64,000 nt of DNA, from positions 1 through 64,000 of the IMG/VR virus record IMGVR_UViG_3300037400_002350; one strand, 5' to 3'. Below are positions 1 to 7,176 of the stretch, piece by piece (within the stretch, counting starts at the first letter, position 1; each line of letters starts with the position of its first letter). A program made the position numbers and the translations under genes. The notes beneath the pieces are model-generated. The model was not told the origin of the DNA and searched no databases. It saw only the letters and a program-made list of their open reading frames with translations. This stretch comes from a virus. Its lineage: Duplodnaviria; Caudoviricetes.

Positions 1-48
1 AACAGACTCATAATCTGGAGGTCATAGGTTCAAGCCCTATCTGGTCCA
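1..48 (+). tRNA. 3' part of a tRNA with anticodon CAT (Ile2 or Met), truncated by the window edge
   Basis: Anticodon arm CAGA-CTCATAA-TCTG, T-arm ATAGG-TTCAAGC-CCTAT, then the 3' acceptor strand CTGGTCC and discriminator A; no encoded CCA. Confidence 0.85.
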
Positions 49-278
49 CGACGTCAGGTTTTATTCACTCTCCTGACGTTCTGAATCATATTAAGTTAAT
101 CATTTTACACGCACCACTTGTGAAAGCCGTGCGTGTTTTATTGACAGTTGTTGATAAATAACATATTAGGTTTGGTAGTTTTCCCGCAACCCTCCTTTCG
201 CGCTTTTACAGAAGAAACGATATGCGTAATATAAGCAAAAACTACCACTTTTTGTGAAAATTATCAAAATTAACACAT

Positions 279-605
279 ATGAAAAGATTCAAAAGCATAT
301 GGACATGGTTTGTAATCTCCTTGTTCTTAATGCTTGCAATCCCAATGATTGCACAAGATTACACAAAATCAAATGAGACTACATTTGTTGCAAAACAAAA
401 GTCTAAATCTTCACCAACCAAGACAGAATACACTTGGGTTGACTCTGATGGGGTATCATACCCTATCTACCTTTCGACTAAAAGTTGTTTTATCATTAAA
501 ACATCAAAAAAGTCTAAAAAGGAATATCGTAAGTATTTACCAAAAGATGTTTATCAGGAAATCACAAATGGCAGTAAAAAAACTATGGGTAGCAAGAGAT
601 CTTAG
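279..605 (+). CDS. Hypothetical exported protein with an N-terminal signal peptide
   Basis: 108-aa ORF; basic then hydrophobic N-terminus ending ...PMIA-Q, typical of a Bacteroidota signal peptide. Confidence 0.7.
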   Translation: MKRFKSIWTWFVISLFLMLAIPMIAQDYTKSNETTFVAKQKSKSSPTKTEYTWVDSDGVSYPIYLSTKSCFIIKTSKKSKKEYRKYLPKDVYQEITNGSKKTMGSKRS

Positions 606-813
606 ATTGGGTGCAATTTCAAAAACCCGCTTATATTTGTATTCTAAAAAACCTAGAAGACACAAGAAAGATGGAATCTTTTATGCACCAGCCGCATTTA
701 TAATGCCAATTTCAGAAAAACTCTTGCCTGGCGTAACATGGGAAAACTCTCCAAAAGAGTTAAAAAATGTCTTAGGGTATTCTAATAGACTACAAGCCTA
801 TGATATCTCTTGA
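568..813 (+). CDS. Small hypothetical phage protein (MAVKKLWVARD...VTWENSP)
   Basis: ATG at 568 inside track ORF 349..813; WVARD/LYLY/TWENSP pattern recalled from small Bacteroidales phage proteins. Confidence 0.6.
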   Translation: MAVKKLWVARDLRLGAISKTRLYLYSKKPRRHKKDGIFYAPAAFIMPISEKLLPGVTWENSPKELKNVLGYSNRLQAYDIS

Positions 814-1048
814 TAAAAAGTACAAAACTCGTAATGGTCATGGCGTAAAACTTAAAACAGTGACAGCAGAACCTCCTCATCCTGTTAGAGGTGTTATGTT
901 CCTAGACCATTATGAGTGTGATATGAAATGGCAATCGGACGGTACCTACGGGCCAATTCCACAATGTCCTGAGGACTATGAAATAATAGAAAGTTTTTCA
1001 TTCTCGGACTACGATTTAATTGAGATACCTCCAAGTACAGATGGATAA
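800..1048 (+). CDS. Hypothetical protein
   Basis: 82-aa ORF in a tightly packed early-gene run. Confidence 0.65.
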   Translation: MISLDKKYKTRNGHGVKLKTVTAEPPHPVRGVMFLDHYECDMKWQSDGTYGPIPQCPEDYEIIESFSFSDYDLIEIPPSTDG

Positions 1049-1084
1049 ATTCTGTACAAGTAAATAATTTTAATCAATAAAGTT

Positions 1085-1330
1085 ATGAAAAGACTAATTA
1101 ACATTTTTCACTTTGTAGCAATGAGCTCAATTTATGCTGCAGCAGCCGTGTTGTTTATAATCTTCCTTATAAGGTTGATAATAACTCTATTCACAGGCAA
1201 TGTGTTTGGTGTAGAAGACTGGCTCATCTTCTTAATAACCGCGATAATCACCACAAACACATTCTTTATCGTTAGAAGAAAAAGTGTTATGGATGTATTT
1301 GGGTTTCCGTTTGATGAAAAGTCACTATGA
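1085..1330 (+). CDS. Small membrane protein (2 predicted TM segments)
   Basis: Two long hydrophobic stretches in 81 aa. Confidence 0.7.
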   Translation: MKRLINIFHFVAMSSIYAAAAVLFIIFLIRLIITLFTGNVFGVEDWLIFLITAIITTNTFFIVRRKSVMDVFGFPFDEKSL

Positions 1331-1524
1331 ACGAAAAGAAGACATTTAACGAATACTGTGACAAAAGATGTCGTATGATATTAAAAACCAAAGACAAAAC
1401 TTCTAGTTTTGTATTGGCAAAAAACATACCGACAGCATATGCTCAGTTGTTAGAACAAAAAATTAAAAACTTCGTAAAGAAATATGGAGGAGAAACGAAC
1501 TGGAATGTCGCATACACCAGATAA
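1327..1524 (+). CDS. Hypothetical protein
   Basis: ATGA overlap with the upstream gene. Confidence 0.6.
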   Translation: MNEKKTFNEYCDKRCRMILKTKDKTSSFVLAKNIPTAYAQLLEQKIKNFVKKYGGETNWNVAYTR

Positions 1525-1732
1525 CAAAATCTATAGTGATAAATTGCGACCAGGCTGTCTTTATAGTCTGGATGGTACAACTCTTCGTGCTGTAAAAGCC
1601 GAAGATGGCATCAATCCATGTACAGGATGTATATTGGATTCATTCTTTGCATGCCCTAATATTCAACCGATTAGAAGGGCATTTAAAAGAATTAACTGTA
1701 TTGCAAGTGGTGTAATCTTTAAACACAAATGA
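1484..1732 (+). CDS. Small Cys-rich protein (CxxC...C...C); start may be ATG 1505
   Basis: CTGC...C...C pattern shared with the next two ORFs. Confidence 0.6.
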   Translation: MEEKRTGMSHTPDNKIYSDKLRPGCLYSLDGTTLRAVKAEDGINPCTGCILDSFFACPNIQPIRRAFKRINCIASGVIFKHK

Positions 1733-1733
1733 T

Positions 1734-1898
1734 ATGCCAAAGTATAAAGCAGGACAATTCATAAAAGTCCCACACGAAAAAGGGTTATATAGAGTAAAAA
1801 AAGGAGTCTGCAAAGATTGTGCACTTAATAACCGTAAATGTATTGATAGCTGTGTTTTCACGATCGGTTGGAGTAACATGATAGTAAAAGTAGAATAA
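1734..1898 (+). CDS. Small Cys-rich protein, paralog of 1900..2106 (54 aa, not in the track)
   Basis: MPKYKAGQFIKV...YRV...CKDC...C...C...IG...KVE. Confidence 0.7.
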   Translation: MPKYKAGQFIKVPHEKGLYRVKKGVCKDCALNNRKCIDSCVFTIGWSNMIVKVE

Positions 1899-1899
1899 T

Positions 1900-2106
1900 A
1901 TGGCAAAGTACAAACCAGGTCAATTTGTAAAAGTGTGCGTTCTAGGAAGATACAGAGTAAACCGAGTATCGAAGCTAGAATATCCATGTAAAACATGTGA
2001 TATAAGATGGGAATGTTGCTCTTATGGAATGCAGGGTGAACATATCCTTGGAATACCTTGTTCAATAGCTATAGGACTGCATACCAATATTAAAAAAGTA
2101 GAATAG
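1900..2106 (+). CDS. Small Cys-rich protein (TAG stop)
   Basis: MAKYKPGQFVKV...YRV...CKTC...C...C...IG...KVE. Confidence 0.7.
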   Translation: MAKYKPGQFVKVCVLGRYRVNRVSKLEYPCKTCDIRWECCSYGMQGEHILGIPCSIAIGLHTNIKKVE

Positions 2107-2131
2107 GGGAACGTCACTCCCCTATTCTTTT
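2101..2131 (+). terminator. Intrinsic terminator
   Basis: GAATAGGGGA-acgtcac-TCCCCTATTC hairpin followed by TTTT. Confidence 0.6.
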
Positions 2132-2269
2132 AACACTGTTAATGCACTACGTATATTACGTAAAAGTCCAAAGTCAGCAGATGGGCAGTGTTAGAGTTTT
2201 ATTCTTAGTTTCTCAACAAAAACAAGACCAAAACCAAATTAATTAATTTTATCAAAAAATTAAAAACAA

Positions 2270-2791
2270 ATGAAACATTTCGCGTTTATTTTGTCCCTTG
2301 TCGCAATTGTCATATCGGTAATCGCAGGGGGACTAGTGTTGCGGCATGAGTCGCAATGGGAAAAAGGGCGGATTTTGTTATCCAATGCCCAACAGGAGCA
2401 GGTAAAGGATCTTATAACTGCACACTATGACAGTATCCAAAATCCTGCATTCGAATCGATCCAACAGGTATTTGAGTTTTTCAATAGGTCTGAAACCTCA
2501 GATAACCTGATAGCTGACTTCAAAGCAATTCCAATCGACGTCATCGTCAATGTTGCTCAAGTGTGCCTCGATAAACAACCATACATTCGATTATCGGACA
2601 TAGTGAATTCATACAAAGAGCACAAAGACGTATACGACAAACTTGTATCTTCGGGCATAATCGAAGATGTGGAATCGCTAGCTGATCGACCGTGTAGTCA
2701 GGATTCATTAGCAACAGAGGCTTATTCAACGAGTATTAACGATTCAACACCAAAAGCCAATGAAAGCAATAGTAATCCTACACAACGGTGA
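2270..2791 (+). CDS. Hypothetical membrane-anchored protein
   Basis: N-terminal TM helix, 173 aa, A-rich leader. Confidence 0.7.
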   Translation: MKHFAFILSLVAIVISVIAGGLVLRHESQWEKGRILLSNAQQEQVKDLITAHYDSIQNPAFESIQQVFEFFNRSETSDNLIADFKAIPIDVIVNVAQVCLDKQPYIRLSDIVNSYKEHKDVYDKLVSSGIIEDVESLADRPCSQDSLATEAYSTSINDSTPKANESNSNPTQR

Positions 2792-3221
2792 TCAAAACCG
2801 TATAAAAGGCGCTGTTAGAGCAATAATAACGGCCATCACGCAGTTGTTAAATGCAGAACACGTCGATGTAAGCACTCTCAATGACGACGAAGTAGCAAAC
2901 CTTTTAATAAAAGGAACAAATGCTACAAAGAACGCCGAAAAGAAAGAGTTAAATCTGTCTGACATAGAGTGTGCTTGTGAGTATATCCACCATTTATATG
3001 GAGAGGACATTATACGCATGCCTTCTTCTGAAATAGAAGCAGACTTGCTGTACAAAATACTCAACATCGACAATGTGCACACCGCAAAGCTCAAACAAGC
3101 TTGCCAAACAATAGTCGAAAACAAAGCGAAAGCCAATGTATGGTTTGCAAACAAACACGCCAAAACGTTATTGCAAAATGTATATAACGTAATGGCGTTA
3201 ATACAAAGCTGTAGAAGATAA
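2760..3221 (+). CDS. Hypothetical protein
   Basis: 153-aa ORF. Confidence 0.7.
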   Translation: MKAIVILHNGDQNRIKGAVRAIITAITQLLNAEHVDVSTLNDDEVANLLIKGTNATKNAEKKELNLSDIECACEYIHHLYGEDIIRMPSSEIEADLLYKILNIDNVHTAKLKQACQTIVENKAKANVWFANKHAKTLLQNVYNVMALIQSCRR

Positions 3222-3328
3222 TGAAACCAAACCAATTTGAGGACAGAAGAAACAACAAACGTCCTCCATATCACAGAGAGCAGAATCAGAAGTACAAACT
3301 GAAAAATTATGCATCTTACTATGGTTAA
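3221..3328 (+). CDS. Small basic peptide (35 aa, MKPNQFEDRRNNKRPPYHRE...)
   Basis: TAATG coupling with the upstream stop; fills the gap between genes. Confidence 0.45.
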   Translation: MKPNQFEDRRNNKRPPYHREQNQKYKLKNYASYYG

Positions 3329-3563
3329 AGTAACAATATCTGAAGGCCGAAAGGTAATAAATACAGTTATGTATAAAAACTTTCAAGAAGCCAATGCTGC
3401 AGCTTTTGCAATGCAAAGACTATCAGTCCTTGAAACAATCAAAGTCCCTGTGGACAAAGAATGTGTAAAAGAAGGACAATTTACGTTTAAAAAGATAGCT
3501 AACCCGTACTACGGTAAAACTATCGAAGTAGTAGCAAACAAATCAAAATTTAAAAAATCATAA
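3309..3563 (+). CDS. Hypothetical protein (start may be ATG 3321)
   Basis: 84-aa ORF. Confidence 0.65.
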   Translation: MHLTMVKVTISEGRKVINTVMYKNFQEANAAAFAMQRLSVLETIKVPVDKECVKEGQFTFKKIANPYYGKTIEVVANKSKFKKS

Positions 3564-3568
3564 TCAAT

Positions 3569-4168
3569 ATGGCTAAAGACGATAAAAACACACAGGCCGT
3601 TGTCACAACCGAAGACAACATTATGGAGGAAATCCGTAACACTAATCTCGCAGAAATAGATTTAGGCGAGAAAGTCATGGAAGAAATCAAGAAGGAGAAA
3701 GATGAGCGTAAGGCTCGCGAAATCAAGCAGCGCTATTTGCGTGCTGATTACAACGAGAAGCTTGCCAAAGTCGACATGCTTCACGTTAAACGCCTCAACG
3801 ACATCACCCGTTATCAGTTGACCCAATCAGGTCGTCTGCGTCGTCTCCTCATGGGTTTCAAGGTAGACAAACTGGCTATAGAGTACAGCAGTCACCACGA
3901 GGATGACATCCTGAACATGGAATCCTGCGATAAGAAGGCTGGAACTATCACTATCACAACTAAGTCTGGTAAGAAGACTTACAAAGATGGCGATAAAGTT
4001 CCTGCAGCCATCACTGTAGTAGAGTACGACCGTGCTTTGCAGACACTCGCTGACAAGATCCGCAACATGAAGAATGAAGAGGACAAGCAGCACAGCAAAG
4101 ACATCGACGAGCTCGACAACAGCTTCGGTGACTATTATGTAAGCTCTTGGCGTTACTTCCGTTGGTAG
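3569..4168 (+). CDS. Hypothetical coiled-coil protein (TAG stop), directly upstream of the motif-array RNA
   Basis: 199 aa, charged and helical; codon usage (AAG, ATC, CGT) suggests high expression. Confidence 0.8.
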   Translation: MAKDDKNTQAVVTTEDNIMEEIRNTNLAEIDLGEKVMEEIKKEKDERKAREIKQRYLRADYNEKLAKVDMLHVKRLNDITRYQLTQSGRLRRLLMGFKVDKLAIEYSSHHEDDILNMESCDKKAGTITITTKSGKKTYKDGDKVPAAITVVEYDRALQTLADKIRNMKNEEDKQHSKDIDELDNSFGDYYVSSWRYFRW

Positions 4169-4179
4169 ACCAAGGGGCT

Positions 4180-4485
4180 ATCCAAAACAAGAGCCTTTGA
4201 GCCACGTTTTAAAGAAAAGAGAATTGCCGGATTACAGATGAAGAGAGGCTTCGCCTATGCATGACACCGGATTCTTTAAATCACCCGAATTGACGGGTGC
4301 ACCAAGAACCTTTGAGCCACGGTGCGGATACAAAGCCGACTGCACGGGCTATAATATGCAGCGATTGATCAATCAAATGCGATGTGCAGAGTCAACGAGC
4401 CTGCTATTGCACACAATCGTTATCAAGAATTGAGATACAGCTATATTTCGAGCCAAGAGCCAATAATATATCCACTGTATCATTA
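4180..4485 (+). ncRNA. Candidate protein-sponge RNA: four hairpins each presenting GARYC-N2-3-GAGCC in the loop
   Basis: Stems AAAAC/GTTTT (4184-4210), GCACC/GGTGC (4299-4325), TGTGCA/TGCACA (4383-4413) and GATACAG/CTGTATC (4434-4481) each enclose the tandem motif. Confidence 0.6.
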
Positions 4486-4623
4486 ACAACTAAAACTCAG
4501 ATTATCTTTTCAATAATACTCAGAGACAGGGGGAGAACAGCTGCTCTCTCTGTCAAAGAGTATAATTTTAAGGACATGGAGTTTAAGTATTCTTGTCTGA
4601 TCAATAAGAATATTTACAATTGA

Positions 4624-4875
4624 AGTGTGTGTGAGGTAAACTGTTTGGACGAGGGTTCGATTCCCTCCAGGTCCACGTTGGCAATGCCAGCAATTTTTGC
4701 ATAAGCCCCTTCGGGGGCAATTGGGCCTGACATGGTTTTGACAGCAGTGGAAGTAAACACATTAAGCACTTTAATATAAAATTAACTGGCAATATTAATG
4801 TCAATGACTACACCAAGCTAGCAGCTTGATGGTTCTTACTAAGATTTAAGTCACGTGCTAACTACGAAAGTGAGG
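4624..4875 (+). ncRNA. ssrA: Circularly permuted (two-piece) tmRNA; tag (A)GNINVNDYTKLAA*
   Basis: T-arm GAGGG-TTCGATT-CCCTC and 3' acceptor CAGGTCC-A (4651-4675) lie before the 5' acceptor GGGCCTG (4723-4729, G3-U70 pair); D-loop TGGTTTTGAC; tag frame 4788-4829 follows TAACT; outer ends approximate. Confidence 0.88.
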
Positions 4876-4877
4876 AT

Positions 4878-4927
4878 TGGAAGTTGTCTAATTTTGGAGG
4901 CTTGGGGTTCGAATCCCCGACTTCCAA
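4878..4927 (+). ncRNA. tRNA-like mini-element (acceptor stem + T-arm, no canonical D or anticodon arm)
   Basis: TGGAAGT/ACTTCCA 7-bp stem; T-arm TGGGG-TTCGAAT-CCCCG; 18-nt connector. Confidence 0.65.
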
Positions 4928-4940
4928 CAAATTTTAGATT

Positions 4941-5084
4941 ATGAAAGGATTCATTATATTATACAAAATTGAAGACGAAAAAGCAAAAGAGTTTGAAAAA
5001 TCTCTTAATGAAGATTCTTCCGTTATAAATTATATCGAAGATGATTTTGAAAGCGCTTCGTCTATGTTCCGTCATGAACTATAA
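4941..5084 (+). CDS. Small acidic hypothetical protein (47 aa)
   Basis: ATG..TAA ORF filling the gap, below the track length cutoff. Confidence 0.5.
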   Translation: MKGFIILYKIEDEKAKEFEKSLNEDSSVINYIEDDFESASSMFRHEL

Positions 5085-5098
5085 ACACGTAATGTGAT

Positions 5099-5527
5099 AT
5101 GAAAAATAACACTAGTTACAAAGAAATGTTACGTAATCGAATACCAATAGAGCTAGACCTCACCTTAAAATGGTGTAAATGTAAAACTCAATGGGTTAAT
5201 TACGTATATTCTGAGTTTGTTCAAATATTTTCTGATAAGAAAGAAAGAGACAAGACGATTAGATATATTTTAAAAAAGAAAATCATGCCTGATCCATATG
5301 GAACATATAAAGACAAATTTGATTTTCATGGATGTATCAATTGGGACTGGCTCGATAAAAACGACGAAGAGTATTGGAGAACAGTAGAAGAATGGTTCAA
5401 CTGGTTTGACCATTATGTTCCCTTATTGCAGACATCGGATGATATCCTAGTTCTTTTAAACTCAGAAGATATTGAACAAAAAGAAGAATTACAAAAATTT
5501 CTTATTAAAAACATATGCAAAAGTTAA
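5099..5527 (+). CDS. Hypothetical Trp-rich protein
   Basis: 142-aa ORF. Confidence 0.7.
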   Translation: MKNNTSYKEMLRNRIPIELDLTLKWCKCKTQWVNYVYSEFVQIFSDKKERDKTIRYILKKKIMPDPYGTYKDKFDFHGCINWDWLDKNDEEYWRTVEEWFNWFDHYVPLLQTSDDILVLLNSEDIEQKEELQKFLIKNICKS

Positions 5528-6006
5528 GTGTATTTTCCACACATTTGATTCAGAGATTTTTACTGCGCAAAAAAGCAGAACTACAAAGATCTCCTACTCC
5601 TGACGAAATTGATAAGTGGATAACCGAAGATACCGTAAAAGAGTTACACAAAGAATTGTGTGAATCTCATTACGATCCATATTTGGTTCTACATCCAGAC
5701 TTTCGTCAGCATTTCGATCCTACTGATCCCGATGGAACAATGTTCAATAGATGTTCATATCTAGTATGTACCGTAAAAGAATTAAGAGAGATAATAACTT
5801 GGTCAATAGATAAAGTAATTGTTAATTTTGATTCTTATACTCCAGATACATTAGGTGTTTATACCAGAATTCTTACAGATAGGTTAAACCGCCTGTATTA
5901 TAAAAAGTACATTACCAAAGAGGAAAATATCTATATGCGAGATCATTTGATCGAAAATCTTCTCGGCTTTCGAAACGATTACAAATTGTTCGAATTGCCA
6001 TTCTAG
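5515..6006 (+). CDS. Hypothetical protein ending ELPF (TAG stop)
   Basis: 163-aa ORF. Confidence 0.7.
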   Translation: MQKLSVFSTHLIQRFLLRKKAELQRSPTPDEIDKWITEDTVKELHKELCESHYDPYLVLHPDFRQHFDPTDPDGTMFNRCSYLVCTVKELREIITWSIDKVIVNFDSYTPDTLGVYTRILTDRLNRLYYKKYITKEENIYMRDHLIENLLGFRNDYKLFELPF

Positions 6007-6045
6007 CCCTGAAAACGTAATCTGGATTCGTATTCCAGCAGGGCG
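6005..6045 (+). ncRNA. tRNA-like minihelix (acceptor + T-arm)
   Basis: GCCCTG/CAGGGC stem stacked on CTGGA-TTCGTAT-TCCAG; 10-nt connector. Confidence 0.55.
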
Positions 6046-6142
6046 CTAAGCGTTTCGGTCACGCAAACAGGAGTGACACCTTAATAAACCGAACTTTCAG
6101 TAAAATTCCTTCTGAATTTAAAGAGGTATAATTTGTTTGATT

Positions 6143-6703
6143 ATGCAGAATCCTAGAATCACCCAAGAAGAAATTGGGATAATCAAAAAGGCTCAGGCTG
6201 GTGATATCACCGCCTTTAACCATATATTTAAGAAGTACAAGGGTTTTGTCGATCACGTACTATATCAGTACATAAAAGACAAAGATGAAGCAAAAGACAT
6301 GACCAATATTGTATTTCTGAAAGTATATGAGAAACTCTCGTCATTCAAAACCTATGACTCCTTTGGAGGATGGTTGAGAATTATAGCAAATCGCACTGCA
6401 ATTGATTATTTGCGTAGTTTAAAAGACAAGGAAGTAGATTTAGGCACAATCGATGTTAGGCCAACATTGGATACCTTATTCTGCAATAGGGACGATGATG
6501 TTGTAAATCATATAACCTATAAAGAATTGTTACAGGAGTTCAAAAAACTCCCAGAAACAACTCGCCGAATCTTTGAATTATTCTACGTAGAGAACTTAAC
6601 TGTAGAAGCGATTAGTGAACAGCTGAGTATCCCAACAGGAACTATAAAGTCAACGTTATCACGGACACGAAAGCGAATTAGAAAAACTTTTAAAAACGTG
6701 TAA
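6143..6703 (+). CDS. ECF-type (sigma-70 group 4) RNA polymerase sigma factor
   Basis: AQAGD..AF, region 2 (DMTNIVFLKVY...FGGWLRIIANRTAIDYLR) and region 4 HTH (LTVEAISEQLSIPTGTIKSTLSR). Confidence 0.92.
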   Translation: MQNPRITQEEIGIIKKAQAGDITAFNHIFKKYKGFVDHVLYQYIKDKDEAKDMTNIVFLKVYEKLSSFKTYDSFGGWLRIIANRTAIDYLRSLKDKEVDLGTIDVRPTLDTLFCNRDDDVVNHITYKELLQEFKKLPETTRRIFELFYVENLTVEAISEQLSIPTGTIKSTLSRTRKRIRKTFKNV

Positions 6704-6705
6704 CC

Positions 6706-7095
6706 ATGGAAATCTTACTTTGGATTGTTGTTGCATTCTTGCTAGCGTTAGCGATAGCTCGCTATAATGAAAGTAACAAAACGTTCTGGATTCTATTCAT
6801 CTCTTTGTTGATTGGAATCGCAGGAGGTTCTGTGTATAGTAAACTTACGCAGGACACCCAGAGTGAGCCTAATTCGTATGAGGGAGTATCTCCCACACAA
6901 GCGTCTCCATCGCAGTCAGACACATGTCTTTTGGCAGACTTGACGACAGGAACACCAACGTGCTATAAGCCAGAACTTGTGAGTCAGGAACATACTCCCG
7001 ACGCATACGAAGTACAGCTTACTCCAGTAAAAGGCCATGTCACGGTGGGCCTTAAACCACCAAGATTAGCATTTGAGTTTTTCAACACAAGTTGA
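6706..7095 (+). CDS. Membrane protein (2 N-terminal TM segments, low-complexity tail); possible anti-sigma by position
   Basis: Two hydrophobic helices; starts 2 nt after the sigma gene. Confidence 0.7.
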   Translation: MEILLWIVVAFLLALAIARYNESNKTFWILFISLLIGIAGGSVYSKLTQDTQSEPNSYEGVSPTQASPSQSDTCLLADLTTGTPTCYKPELVSQEHTPDAYEVQLTPVKGHVTVGLKPPRLAFEFFNTS

Positions 7096-7176
7096 CTGAC
7101 TATACCCAATAAATGCTGACAGACAATTAACGTAGTGTAACTACAAGTATTAACAATTTAAATTCACATTATCAAA

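Noticed and set aside
4189-4461. CRISPR array interpretation of the GAGCC repeats
   Set aside because: The repeats are only 12-18 nt, degenerate and irregularly spaced, and there are no cas genes.
4384-4623. 79-aa GTG-start ORF
   Set aside because: Weak start and no coding bias; it overlaps the motif-bearing hairpins, so a non-coding reading fits better.
5995-6006. ELPF C-terminus as an SSB-tail mimic
   Set aside because: Only four residues and no acidic run; insufficient evidence.
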